Positions 1 to 7,820 of a stretch of 32,000 nt of DNA are shown piece after piece. Every line of letters begins with the position of its first letter. Position 1 is the first letter of the stretch. The position numbers and the translations under genes are program-made. The DNA comes from Pyrobaculum aerophilum str. IM2 (lineage in GTDB: Archaea > Thermoproteota > Thermoprotei > Thermoproteales > Thermoproteaceae), in NCBI RefSeq assembly GCF_000007225.1, contig NC_003364.1:2190431-2222430 (forward strand). The letters run 5' to 3'. Below the pieces are notes generated by a model. The model was not told the DNA's origin. It worked only from the letters and a program-made list of their open reading frames with translations, and made no database searches.

Positions 1-18
1 CTGCGGGGCTAAATTGCC

Positions 19-315
19 GTGACGCCGGGGGAGACAGCCGCCGCAATAGCCGCCTTGGCTGTTGGGATTTATTTAATTCTGGCGTCCGCGGGGCTGGTGC
101 AAATAGCAATTAATCAGTTAATAGGCTTGGCAGTTGGCGCATTCGGCGTGGCGTATATCGCGGCGGGCAGGACGAGGGAGTCGGCCTTTTGGGGCGGCGT
201 GTTGGCCATACTGGGAGTTGCGATGGCCGCAGGCTGGGGAGCCTCCCCGTTGTTTGTAGTCGGCGTAGTCCTCGTCTTCATTTCCCTTTTCGCCCTATTG
301 GCAAGTAGGCGGTAA
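19..315 (+). CDS. small polytopic membrane protein, function unknown
   Basis: GTG-initiated 98-aa ORF preceded by an in-frame TAA at 10-12. It has three to four Ala/Gly/Leu/Val-rich hydrophobic segments and no catalytic motif. Confidence 0.5.
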   Translation: MTPGETAAAIAALAVGIYLILASAGLVQIAINQLIGLAVGAFGVAYIAAGRTRESAFWGGVLAILGVAMAAGWGASPLFVVGVVLVFISLFALLASRR

Positions 316-344
316 GGCTAATTAGGTCGGGCTATTCCCCCTCC

Positions 345-1265
345 ATGCCTCTATATTTGGCCGTTGGAGGGGGCGGAGACGTTGTGATGGCCGCGGCACT
401 GGCGGGGGAGGAGGCCGTGGGGCAGATACCCTGGGAGAGGTACGTGGTTGACCCAGAGCCCGGCCCCGTGCCTCCTCCCTCGTTGCGGGAGGTGTTAGAT
501 CTGGGAAATGGGCTTTATTTGGCGACGCCCAGGAGCTTCGCGGAGAGAGGGGGGAGGCTTTTTAAAACCCAGGGCATGTGCGTTGCTGAGGCGTTGCAAA
601 AATCCGTCTACTTGGTGGATCCGTACAGAAGGCCTAGCGAATTGGCGAAGGCGCTTGTCCGTTTTGATAAAATTATTGGCGTTGACGTTGGCGGCGACGT
701 CTTGGGGGTTGGGTGTGAGGAGTCTCTAAGGAGCCCGCTGGCAGACGCCTACGGACTCGCCGTCTTGGCTAAGGCGAGTGAACTCGGCGTGGAGGCCGAG
801 CTGTGGGTGATGTCGCCTGGGGCAGATGGCGAGTTAAGCCTAGAGTACTTAATTCGCAGAGTCGCAGAGGCGGCGAGGGAGGGCGGCCTACTGGGGACTG
901 TGGGGCTTGACAGTAAGCAAGTTGAAGTTTTGGAAAAACTAGTAAAGCGCTGTGTGACTGAGGCCTCCGCCGTTGCCGTGAGGGCCTTCAAGGGGGAGTA
1001 CGGCCCGGCCCACATACGGGGAGGCGCCAGGCTCGTGGAAATAGGGGCTTGCGCGTTGATCGGCTTTAAATTCAGCCCAAAGGCCCTCTTAAAGTTAAAC
1101 AAAGCGGCGCGTTTAATTTACGAAAGCGACGCGCCTATTGACAAGGCGGCTGACTTGCTTATAGAAAACGGAATTCCCACAGAGCTCCATTTAGAGCAGT
1201 TATTGGCTAAGGGCCTCGACATATACGCGGCCTTAGAGGAGTTGAAAAAGAAGAAGAGTTGTTAG
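345..1265 (+). CDS. conserved archaeal protein resembling the DUF1152 family
   Basis: 306-aa ORF with the N-terminal glycine loop 'LAVGGGGDVVMAA', which I associate with DUF1152. Codon composition matches the neighbours. The ORFs at 508..729 and 749..1102 lie inside it in alternative frames. Confidence 0.6.
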   Translation: MPLYLAVGGGGDVVMAAALAGEEAVGQIPWERYVVDPEPGPVPPPSLREVLDLGNGLYLATPRSFAERGGRLFKTQGMCVAEALQKSVYLVDPYRRPSELAKALVRFDKIIGVDVGGDVLGVGCEESLRSPLADAYGLAVLAKASELGVEAELWVMSPGADGELSLEYLIRRVAEAAREGGLLGTVGLDSKQVEVLEKLVKRCVTEASAVAVRAFKGEYGPAHIRGGARLVEIGACALIGFKFSPKALLKLNKAARLIYESDAPIDKAADLLIENGIPTELHLEQLLAKGLDIYAALEELKKKKSC

Positions 1266-2053
1266 GCGCTTGCCCTTTGGGCCGCCTTTGCCTCCGTGAG
1301 TAATAGCTTGTAACGAGTGGAGTTATAGGCGCTTATAGACACGGCCGAGGAGTCGACGATGAGTTTAATTGTGAGCACTTGGCCGTATAAAGTGACGTTG
1401 AGGTAAACATTCGCTGAGGTCGTGAGGGGGACTCCGCCAGCTTCACAGACAACAGCTGTGAAGACCCCGGTGCCATTGACGGAGAGATCGCTTAGTATTT
1501 GAGAGAGGGTCTCTGGGCTTATTCTCCCCCTCTCCTCATAGAGAGTCCCCGCCTGTCCCAAGTGGCTACAACTGCCCTTTTCCGCCCGGGAATCTCCCTT
1601 GAGGTTGAGAAAAGAGGTGTAATTAGCAGGGCCCGACTCAGCTTGGCACTGTCCAGAGGCGCAAGTGACCACGTACACAGTCCTCCCCTCCGTGGCGGCT
1701 TTGTAAGTAATCTCGACGGGGCCTTGGGGCGGTATGTTTAAAACCAGCTTCCCAAAACTATAATTGCCGTACTCCCCCACGCCCTCGACCGTCCACCCGC
1801 TCATTTTTAACGCAATGTCGCCTATATATACAGTAATGACGTGGGAGTAGTTAATTTCATAGCTTTTAATCGCAGGTGTTTCCGCGGCCGTCGGCATGGC
1901 AGTGCTTGTATTTAAAACGGCTGGGGGTTTCGTCTCAGCGGGCGAGGGAGTGGGAGGAGGCGGAGGGGGCTGTGCTTGATTGCCAGCCGTGATTACGAAG
2001 TAGGCGAGCGCGCCTGCAATGAGGATTAATAAGGCGATCACTCCTTTTTTCAT
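1262..2053 (-). CDS. exported protein with N-terminal membrane anchor and Pro-rich stalk
   Basis: N-terminus 'MKKGVIALLILIAGALAYFVI' (signal/anchor) is followed by 'QPPPPPPTPSPAETKPP' and a domain with several N-x-S/T sequons. It lies 29 nt downstream of the zinc-ribbon gene pair on the same strand. Confidence 0.7.
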   Translation of the reverse strand: MKKGVIALLILIAGALAYFVITAGNQAQPPPPPPTPSPAETKPPAVLNTSTAMPTAAETPAIKSYEINYSHVITVYIGDIALKMSGWTVEGVGEYGNYSFGKLVLNIPPQGPVEITYKAATEGRTVYVVTCASGQCQAESGPANYTSFLNLKGDSRAEKGSCSHLGQAGTLYEERGRISPETLSQILSDLSVNGTGVFTAVVCEAGGVPLTTSANVYLNVTLYGQVLTIKLIVDSSAVSISAYNSTRYKLLLTEAKAAQRASA

Positions 2054-2082
2054 ATGGCATTGCTTTTCGATGTTTAAATCAG

Positions 2083-2925
2083 TTACAGTTTGTACTGCGC
2101 CTCGTATCTCCCCGTCCGCGACGCGGCGAATGCCAAAAGCCTCACCGCTGCGCCGAGACCCGCCAAGGCCCCTCCCAATGCCCCGATTTGTGGGTAGAGC
2201 CCTAGGTAGTGCGCCGTCAACGCCCCAACAGCCGCCGTGGCGAGTAGAGAGCCTGCGGCGAGTCCCAAGCCCCCAGCGCGGCCGCGCCGGGAAATGGGGT
2301 ATTCCATATAGAACACAGACCCCTCAGCGGCGTCTACCACAGCCTTGTAGTTGCGACCCCGGTAGAGGTAGGAGAGATTCCACAGGGGGTAGTAGACAAT
2401 ACCTTCAAAACTCCACCTCACAGTAACTTTAGTCTTGAAGACAGAGGCGTAGGCGTGGGCCTCCTCCAATACGTCGTTGAGACTGCGGAACGCCTCCTCT
2501 GGGCTTAAATCCGGCGAGTGAAACACGCCTATTCTCTCCAGCGACGGCTTAAACGGCGCTCTCCACCTGGCGGGGAAGACGTAGTTTCTAGGCAGTTTCA
2601 CGGGCGGGTTAGACATAGCCAGAGCCGAGGCGTACGTCTCCAGCTCTTCCAGAGGCTGGAAGGTAATGTGGTAAAGGTACAGGGGGAGGAAGTGGAGGTC
2701 GGCCCCAGAGGGAGACGCTTGGGGCAAGTCCTCTGGGGAGCCAAAGGGGCGGAAATTAAGCGCTTTTTTAAACGCCGTGGTCTTGTCCACAGAGGGCTTG
2801 AAGATGTACACGTTTTCAAAAGTCCTGCCCTCTGAGATCACAGTGCCGCAGTAGGGACATACGTAAAACCCCCTCCCCGGCGGCGCCTCGTACTTTGCGC
2901 CGCAGAAGGGGCACTGGATAATCAT
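2083..2925 (-). CDS. zinc-ribbon protein with Gly/Ala-rich C-terminal transmembrane segments (paralog B)
   Basis: I take the internal ATG at 2925 ('MIIQCPFCGAKYEAPPGRGFYVCPYCG', CxxC-x14-CxxC), which overlaps the upstream stop as ATGA (2925..2922). The 90-aa upstream extension to 3195 is Arg/Cys/Gly-rich and overlaps the upstream gene. The C-terminus 'GGLGLAAGSLLATAAVGAL...GALGGALAGLGAAVRLLAFA' is hydrophobic. Confidence 0.75.
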   Translation of the reverse strand: MIIQCPFCGAKYEAPPGRGFYVCPYCGTVISEGRTFENVYIFKPSVDKTTAFKKALNFRPFGSPEDLPQASPSGADLHFLPLYLYHITFQPLEELETYASALAMSNPPVKLPRNYVFPARWRAPFKPSLERIGVFHSPDLSPEEAFRSLNDVLEEAHAYASVFKTKVTVRWSFEGIVYYPLWNLSYLYRGRNYKAVVDAAEGSVFYMEYPISRRGRAGGLGLAAGSLLATAAVGALTAHYLGLYPQIGALGGALAGLGAAVRLLAFAASRTGRYEAQYKL

Positions 2926-3923
2926 GCCTCCACTCTCCTGGGCTTGAGCAAATTGCCTGCCAGCGCATAAGTCACAATGCCCCCCAAGGCGGTGGCAACC
3001 CCGCCGGCAATTAAATCGTACATTAAAGCGGTGGACAGAAGGCCTCCAAGCCCCCCGCCTATTAAAGCAATGGCGGCCATGACAAGCGCCTTGTTCTCGG
3101 GAAAAGAGGGCTCCTCCGCCAATACCACAGCCCCGTCCCACCCCGCCACGTAGTAGTTGTAGTAAGAGCCTCTGTATAAATACGGGACAACCCACATGGG
3201 GAGGTACGTGAGTGGCGAAGCCTCCAGCCTCTCCACTACGTAGTCCACGGCCTTGTCTTGCACATAGGCGGTTGCGGTGAAAACGCCCACGGCCTCTCTG
3301 GCCTTTTCAGAGGCGTCGCTGTCCACTTTTGCCAGCAGGCGCGGCACCACTGCCCTCACCGCCTTTGCCTTAGCCCTCTCAGGGGTCAACTCGCCGGCTA
3401 GAAAGGAAGTTGAGACCGAGGGGCTTGTGGCCACTTCAGAGAGGGGTTTCGGCTCCGGCGCCGTCTTGAAGAAGTGATCTACGAGTTTGTCCACGGAGAG
3501 GCCCCAGGCGGCCCTCCGGGAAATTACGGCCACTACGTCTGCGTAGTTCACCGAGCCCGACACTCTAACCACCTTAGTCACAGTCCTCATTTGGGGTTGC
3601 CCCCTTACGTACACCGTGCGGGTATACGTCACCGCCACAGTGGCGTCGTAATACGCCCTAAGCCTAACGTCGATAAAATAAAAGGGCAGGTACACGAGGT
3701 CGGCGCTGGCGAAGTTTATCTCCGAGAGCCTCCTGCCCAAGTTGAAATCCCGCCGAGTCCTATCCACTGCCTTTCTTAATATTTCAGAGCTTGAAAGCGT
3801 GGGGACGGCGAGGATTTTAGAGGGATTGCCCGCTATAAAATTAGGAGCCCCGCAGTATTTACACACGACTACAACAGACTCCGGTGTAACGTCCAGCGGC
3901 GCGCCGCAGTAAGAACACTTCAC
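2922..3923 (-). CDS. zinc-ribbon protein with Gly-rich C-terminal transmembrane segments (paralog A)
   Basis: GTG start at 3923 gives 'MKCSYCGAPLDVTPESVVVVCKYCG' (CxxC-x14-CxxC). It shares the blocks 'ADLVYLPFY' and 'PMWVVPYLYRGSYYNYYVAGWDGAVV' with the downstream paralog. C-terminus 'AAIALIGGGLGGLLSTAL...GGVATALGGIVTYALAG'. Confidence 0.8.
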   Translation of the reverse strand: MKCSYCGAPLDVTPESVVVVCKYCGAPNFIAGNPSKILAVPTLSSSEILRKAVDRTRRDFNLGRRLSEINFASADLVYLPFYFIDVRLRAYYDATVAVTYTRTVYVRGQPQMRTVTKVVRVSGSVNYADVVAVISRRAAWGLSVDKLVDHFFKTAPEPKPLSEVATSPSVSTSFLAGELTPERAKAKAVRAVVPRLLAKVDSDASEKAREAVGVFTATAYVQDKAVDYVVERLEASPLTYLPMWVVPYLYRGSYYNYYVAGWDGAVVLAEEPSFPENKALVMAAIALIGGGLGGLLSTALMYDLIAGGVATALGGIVTYALAGNLLKPRRVEA

Positions 3924-3940
3924 AAAAAGAGTAAAGGATG

Positions 3941-3950
3941 TATAAATAAG
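3941..3950 (-). promoter_or_regulatory. TATA-like element for the zinc-ribbon operon
   Basis: The minus strand reads CTTATTTATA, centred about 22-23 nt upstream of the GTG at 3923. This spacing is typical of leaderless archaeal genes. Confidence 0.45.
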
Positions 3951-4074
3951 TGGCGCGGCGAGACTGGGGAAAGGGGCTGTATCTTTTCCAACACAACTGG
4001 CTGGCGGGGGTTAGGTATTCGCCGGCAAAGCGGCGTTGAGAACTATTTTAAATATAAGTGTTGCAGGCGGGGCG

Positions 4075-5022
4075 GTGTATGAAATAGAGATGTTTAAGTG
4101 GATTAGGGAGAAAAACGGCGTATACGACTTGGCCAGCAGTGGAGTTTTGAAATTAGAAGCTCCCCAAGCGGAGGCACCGCCGCTGGAGGAGGTTTTAATA
4201 GAGCTGTACGACATCCCCCGGCAAAACCTGGCCATCGTCTCGGGGGCCCAAGAGGGTAATTTCCTCGCCTTTCTCGCAGTTAAGCCGGAGTACGCAGTTA
4301 TTACAGTGCCGGAGTATGAGCCAATTATTAAGCTCCCGTCTAGCCTGGGGGTTAGGCATGTGAAAGTCTGGGACGTGTGGGAGGCACCCATTAAGCCGGG
4401 GGGCGTGTTGATATTCTCTAATCCCAACAACCCCACGGGCCGCTACTTAGAGAAGAGGGAGTTGGCCGAGCTGGCAGACGAGGCTAGGAGGAAGGGGGCC
4501 TACTTAATTATTGACATAATTTTCTCTGACTTTGTCACAGACGACTTGAGGGGATTTCCGTTGGAGAACGTGGCGTACAGTCACAGCACGGACAAGTTCT
4601 ACACTCACGACTTGAGAGCAGGGTGGGTATTCGGCGACGAGGAAATAGTGAGGCGGGTCAAATATCTAAAGGATCTGGCAAACCCGGGCCCCCGCGAGGC
4701 GGAGAGAAAAGCGGCGGCCGCCTTGTTGTCGAGAAGGGCTGAGGTGAAGAGGAGGAATTTGTCCATTATCAAGCCCAACGCCACTGCGCTGTTAACGCGC
4801 TTCCCCAACGCCTTGTATAAGCCTCACATGCCAATTGCGCTTATTCCCACTGGCTGTAACGATGCGAAACTCGCCGAGAGGTTGCTGGCGATGGGGGTAA
4901 AGACCGTGCCGGGCCGCCTCTTCCAAGCCCCCTATTCTATTAGAGTGGGCCTCGGCGTAGAGGAGCCCCCCAGGTTTAGAGAGGCTTTGGAGATTTTAGC
5001 CCAGGGCTGGTGCCGAGCCTAA
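4075..5022 (+). CDS. PLP-dependent aminotransferase class I/II-like protein
   Basis: Carries the 'VLIFSNPNNPTGRYL' motif of fold-type I aminotransferases and 'YSHSTDKFYTHDLRAGWVFG' at the position of the SxSK Schiff-base lysine block. I chose GTG 4075 because the TATA-like ATTTTAAATATAAG (4045-4058) lies about 24 nt upstream. ATG 4090 and TTG 4036 are alternatives. Confidence 0.7.
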   Translation: MYEIEMFKWIREKNGVYDLASSGVLKLEAPQAEAPPLEEVLIELYDIPRQNLAIVSGAQEGNFLAFLAVKPEYAVITVPEYEPIIKLPSSLGVRHVKVWDVWEAPIKPGGVLIFSNPNNPTGRYLEKRELAELADEARRKGAYLIIDIIFSDFVTDDLRGFPLENVAYSHSTDKFYTHDLRAGWVFGDEEIVRRVKYLKDLANPGPREAERKAAAALLSRRAEVKRRNLSIIKPNATALLTRFPNALYKPHMPIALIPTGCNDAKLAERLLAMGVKTVPGRLFQAPYSIRVGLGVEEPPRFREALEILAQGWCRA

Positions 5023-5872
5023 GCCTGAGTTTACACACCGCGCAGATCACGCCGCTTGACGGCTCGCCGCAGATTTCACAACGCCTCACCTCGCCGTGTG
5101 TAGAGCGGCCGTATTTAAGGTTAAAGTCCACTATCCCTCCCAGCAGTTTTAAATCGAAGTCCGGATCTCTCCTCCGGGCGGCGTAGATCATTTCGTAAAC
5201 CTCGGCGTGTGCCGCGCCGCACAAGCCGTATTCGCAACAGACTTCGCTGAAGGGAAGCCCCAGGCTCCGGCAGAGCTCTTCGTTTTCCTCCGGCCTGGCG
5301 AATATTAAAGGCCTAATGCGCGTGAGAATAAGCCCCTGCCCGTCGAGTCTCGGCAATATTTTGAAGTTCCACTCGAAATGCCTGCCGGCCAAGTTCTTAA
5401 AATAATAGGCTAAAAAGTCGTGGGCGTGGTGCCCAGTGGCCACTTTCGTGGCGCCCAGCTCCCTCGGCACTTTGTTTAAAAGATACCGCTTCACGGCGCC
5501 GCAGACTGAGCATATAGGCCTCCCAGTGGCCCTCGCGGCAGCCTCAATGTCGAGGTAGTCCTTGGCGTGGACTACGTGAAGCGAAACGCCCAGGCGGTTC
5601 GCCAGCGTCTTTACCGCCTCCTCTACTCTGTCTGAAGTTTTAAAGCCGAGGTTTATATGCAACGCCTTCACCTCTGCGTCGATTTTGGCTGAGTCGACAT
5701 ATTCTTTTAACAAGGCAAGCGCGGCGCAACTGTCCTTCCCCCCTGATACAGCGACATATATTACGTCTCCCATTTCCACAAGCCTATACCGCCGAATAGT
5801 TGAAAACACCCTCTTCCTATATCTGTCTAAATCAACTGGGAATGGCCTCTTTATCCTTACCTGAACACTCAC
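4976..5872 (-). CDS. PP-loop ATP pyrophosphatase, TtcA/TtuA-like tRNA thiolation enzyme
   Basis: Has the 'VAVSGGKDSCAAL' PP-loop (SGGxDS), the central cysteines 'CSVCGAVKR', and a C-terminal zinc-finger-like 'CEICGEPSSGVICAVCK'. Confidence 0.8.
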   Translation of the reverse strand: MSVQVRIKRPFPVDLDRYRKRVFSTIRRYRLVEMGDVIYVAVSGGKDSCAALALLKEYVDSAKIDAEVKALHINLGFKTSDRVEEAVKTLANRLGVSLHVVHAKDYLDIEAAARATGRPICSVCGAVKRYLLNKVPRELGATKVATGHHAHDFLAYYFKNLAGRHFEWNFKILPRLDGQGLILTRIRPLIFARPEENEELCRSLGLPFSEVCCEYGLCGAAHAEVYEMIYAARRRDPDFDLKLLGGIVDFNLKYGRSTHGEVRRCEICGEPSSGVICAVCKLRLRLGTSPGLKSPKPL

Positions 5873-5892
5873 GGCGCTGTGGCTGTGTAACC

Positions 5893-5900
5893 ATTTAAAT
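5893..5900. promoter_or_regulatory. palindromic TATA element ATTTAAAT shared by divergent genes
   Basis: This is the only A/T-rich element in the 46-bp spacer. Its centre is about 24.5 nt from the minus-strand ATG (5872) and about 22.5 nt from the plus-strand GTG (5919). Confidence 0.45.
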
Positions 5901-5918
5901 CTTCATCCTCTACCCGCT

Positions 5919-6560
5919 GTGAACGACGTGTATAAGTGCCCCGTCTGCGGCCAACTCACTGAAAGCCCCACGCACTGCGGCGTCTCTGCTGTTAAGATTT
6001 TGGACGGGGCCATGAGGCTGAAAATCTCTAAGCTCCTCTCTCTGGCGTTGCGCCACAGCCCCTCAGTCCTCGGGCTCAGCCTCGACAAGGGCGGCTGGGC
6101 CGATGTAAAGACGGCATTAGAGGGGCTGAGGAAGGCGGGGATTAGGGCAGATTACGAGGCTTTATACGCAGTAGTGGCCCTCGACGAGAAAGGGCGCTTC
6201 GAGTTAAAAGACGGCAAAATCAGGGCGCGCTACGGCCACACAATCGACGTTGAAGTGGAATACGAAGCCGACTCTGAGTCTAAGGTTTTGTACCACGGCA
6301 CCTCCAGACACCTCTTGCCCTCAATAATGGCCCAGGGGCTCCTCCCCATGAGGAGGCGATACGTACACCTGTCCCCCGACTTCGCCACGGCTTGTCAAAA
6401 CGCCAGGAGAAGGCCTCTGCCGGTGGTGATTGAAATTGACGCCGAGTGTCTGAGGGCCAGGGGGTATGTGGTGTACGCGGCCAGCGGAAAGGTGAGGCTG
6501 GCCAAGCACGTCCCGCCCGAGTGTTTAAAAAAGGTCGTGGATTGCCCTACTCCTTCTTAG
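5919..6560 (+). CDS. kptA: RNA 2'-phosphotransferase (Tpt1/KptA family) with a short N-terminal Cys/His extension
   Basis: Contains 'RLKISKLLSLALRHSPSVLGLSLDKGGWADV', 'IRARYGHTIDV', 'LYHGTSRHLLPSIMAQGLLPMRRRYVHLS', which are canonical KptA blocks. The canonical family start corresponds to the internal ATG at 6012. GTG 5919 adds 'NDVYKCPVCGQLTESPTHCG'. Confidence 0.85.
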   Translation: MNDVYKCPVCGQLTESPTHCGVSAVKILDGAMRLKISKLLSLALRHSPSVLGLSLDKGGWADVKTALEGLRKAGIRADYEALYAVVALDEKGRFELKDGKIRARYGHTIDVEVEYEADSESKVLYHGTSRHLLPSIMAQGLLPMRRRYVHLSPDFATACQNARRRPLPVVIEIDAECLRARGYVVYAASGKVRLAKHVPPECLKKVVDCPTPS

Positions 6561-6830
6561 AGCCTCCGGCCTCCCCGGCTATTTGCCCCGACCTGTCCCC
6601 CCTCGGGCAATACCTCCCTCCTAACCTCGGGGTCCACGGCTTTTATATCTCTTAGTGTAGTTAAGTCGGCCATCCGCTTTGCTATTAACTGCCTCGGGAG
6701 CCACCTGGCCGTGGGCAAACGTGCCCACTTAAAAGAAACTCGCCAGGTGCTAAACGCAGACGCCCGGAACTAATAAATTTGAGGCGGTACCGAGTCATGT
6801 GCTCATACTCTTAAACCTAACGGCACCCCG

Positions 6831-7652
6831 TTGCTGATCCTCTTGTTGCCAGCCGCCATAGTGGGAAATTACTCCCTCCCAGCCCCGCCGGCGTCAGACG
6901 TCGCGGCTTTGACTCCAAGCGGGACGCCGCTTCCCACGTGGGTTATAAACGGCACTTTGTATGTACTGCAGGGGGGAGACTCTGCAATTGCTATGTACGT
7001 CCCCCGTTTTGAAAACGCCAGCGGGGTTTACACAATAACTCTACGAGGAGGCCGAGTGGTGGTACAGGCGCCGCCGGGGGTTATGATAGAGGACATCTCC
7101 CCAAGGCCCGAGAGAGTAGTAGTGAACAAGACAGGCCTCTATCTCTATTTAACCGGCGATGTAAAAGTCACTTACTACTTCTTTACAGTAACAGTCACGC
7201 CGCCGCGCCCGCCGCCTTCTCCCACGACCCCGCCGCCGACATCTCCGCCCACAACGGCAACGCCCACTCCCTCTCCGTCTCCGCCGCCTACTGCCACTCC
7301 GACCCAGCCGCAGTCGCCCACTGTTGCGACGCCCAGCGCCTCGCCGCAACAGGGACAAGCCCTAGGGACTGAGTTGTTAATTGCCGCCGCGCTAGTCGCG
7401 GCGATTACAGCCGTTCTGCTGTTGAGGAAAAGGGGCAGGGGCAACTGTGCCGATTTAAACGAGACTGATCAAGCAATTATCAAAGCGCTAATTGACAGGG
7501 GAGGCGTCGCCGACAGGTCGGACCTCCAAGAGGCGCTGGGCCTCCCGAAAACCACTCTCCACAGACATTTACACAAACTGGCCAAGTACGGCTATATAAA
7601 GTTGGAGCAGTTAGGCGGCAGGCAGAGAGTAGAGCTACTCAGGAAGTGCTAA
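6831..7652 (+). CDS. single-pass membrane protein with an extracellular N-domain, Pro/Thr stalk and a cytoplasmic C-terminal winged-helix DNA-binding domain
   Basis: The parts in order are a hydrophobic N-terminus, a domain of about 115 aa, a P/T/S-rich linker, the TM 'LLIAAALVAAITAVLLL' followed by 'RKRGRG', then 'ETDQAIIKALIDRGGVADRSDLQEALGLPKTTLHRHLHKLAKYGYIKLEQLGGRQRVELL' (MarR/ArsR-like wHTH). TTG is the only in-frame start after the TGA at 6780, so the start is uncertain. Confidence 0.65.
   Translation: MLILLLPAAIVGNYSLPAPPASDVAALTPSGTPLPTWVINGTLYVLQGGDSAIAMYVPRFENASGVYTITLRGGRVVVQAPPGVMIEDISPRPERVVVNKTGLYLYLTGDVKVTYYFFTVTVTPPRPPPSPTTPPPTSPPTTATPTPSPSPPPTATPTQPQSPTVATPSASPQQGQALGTELLIAAALVAAITAVLLLRKRGRGNCADLNETDQAIIKALIDRGGVADRSDLQEALGLPKTTLHRHLHKLAKYGYIKLEQLGGRQRVELLRKC
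7198..7358 (+). repeat. low-complexity CCG/CCC/ACG-rich tract encoding the Pro/Thr/Ser stalk
   Basis: It translates to 'TPPRPPPSPTTPPPTSPPTTATPTPSPSPPPTATPTQPQSPTVATPSASPQQGQ'. It also generates the spurious Arg/Gly-rich antisense ORFs 7149..7358 and 7175..7444. Confidence 0.85.
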
Positions 7653-7820
7653 ACGCGAAGAGAACACCACGCCCAGTCTTGAGGCAATTCCTCCTTGTTT
7701 GTTGTCTAGCGTGAGGACCAGGGCCCCCTCCTTGAGGCAACTGCGATGTACAACGCATGTATAGAGTTGTGCCATAACCAACTGCAATATTAAAAACGTC
7801 GGTATAGGCCGCCTCTGGCT
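7638..7820 (-). pseudogene. possible C-terminal remnant of a PIN-domain (VapC-like) gene
   Basis: A 61-codon open frame between stops reads '...LYTCVVHRSCLKEGALVLTLDNKQGGIASRLGVVF...'. The 'GA-LVLT-LD' block resembles the C-terminal acidic-residue strand of PIN domains. No intact N-terminal part exists and the frame is bounded by a stop at 7821-7823. Confidence 0.2.

Noticed and set aside
2926-3195. 90-aa N-terminal extension of the second zinc-ribbon ORF
   Set aside because: The extension overlaps the upstream paralog's coding region and is Arg/Cys/Gly-rich. The ATG at 2925 forms an ATGA junction with the upstream stop and begins directly at the zinc ribbon, as in the paralog.
6557-6673. 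38-codon minus-strand ORF 'MADLTTLRDIKAVDPEVRREVLPEGGQVGANSRGGRRL' in the 270-bp gap after kptA, plus a 7-bp hairpin GTGGGCA-AACG-TGCCCAC at 6711-6728
   Set aside because: The ORF is short, its second half is Gly/Arg-rich, and there is no TATA element at the expected distance. The hairpin has no adjacent T-run. It could be a small protein or ncRNA, but the evidence is insufficient.
7149-7444. Arg-rich and Gly-rich minus-strand ORFs (7149..7358, 7175..7444)
   Set aside because: They are complements of the CCG/ACG-rich tract encoding the Pro/Thr stalk, so they are a pure compositional artefact.
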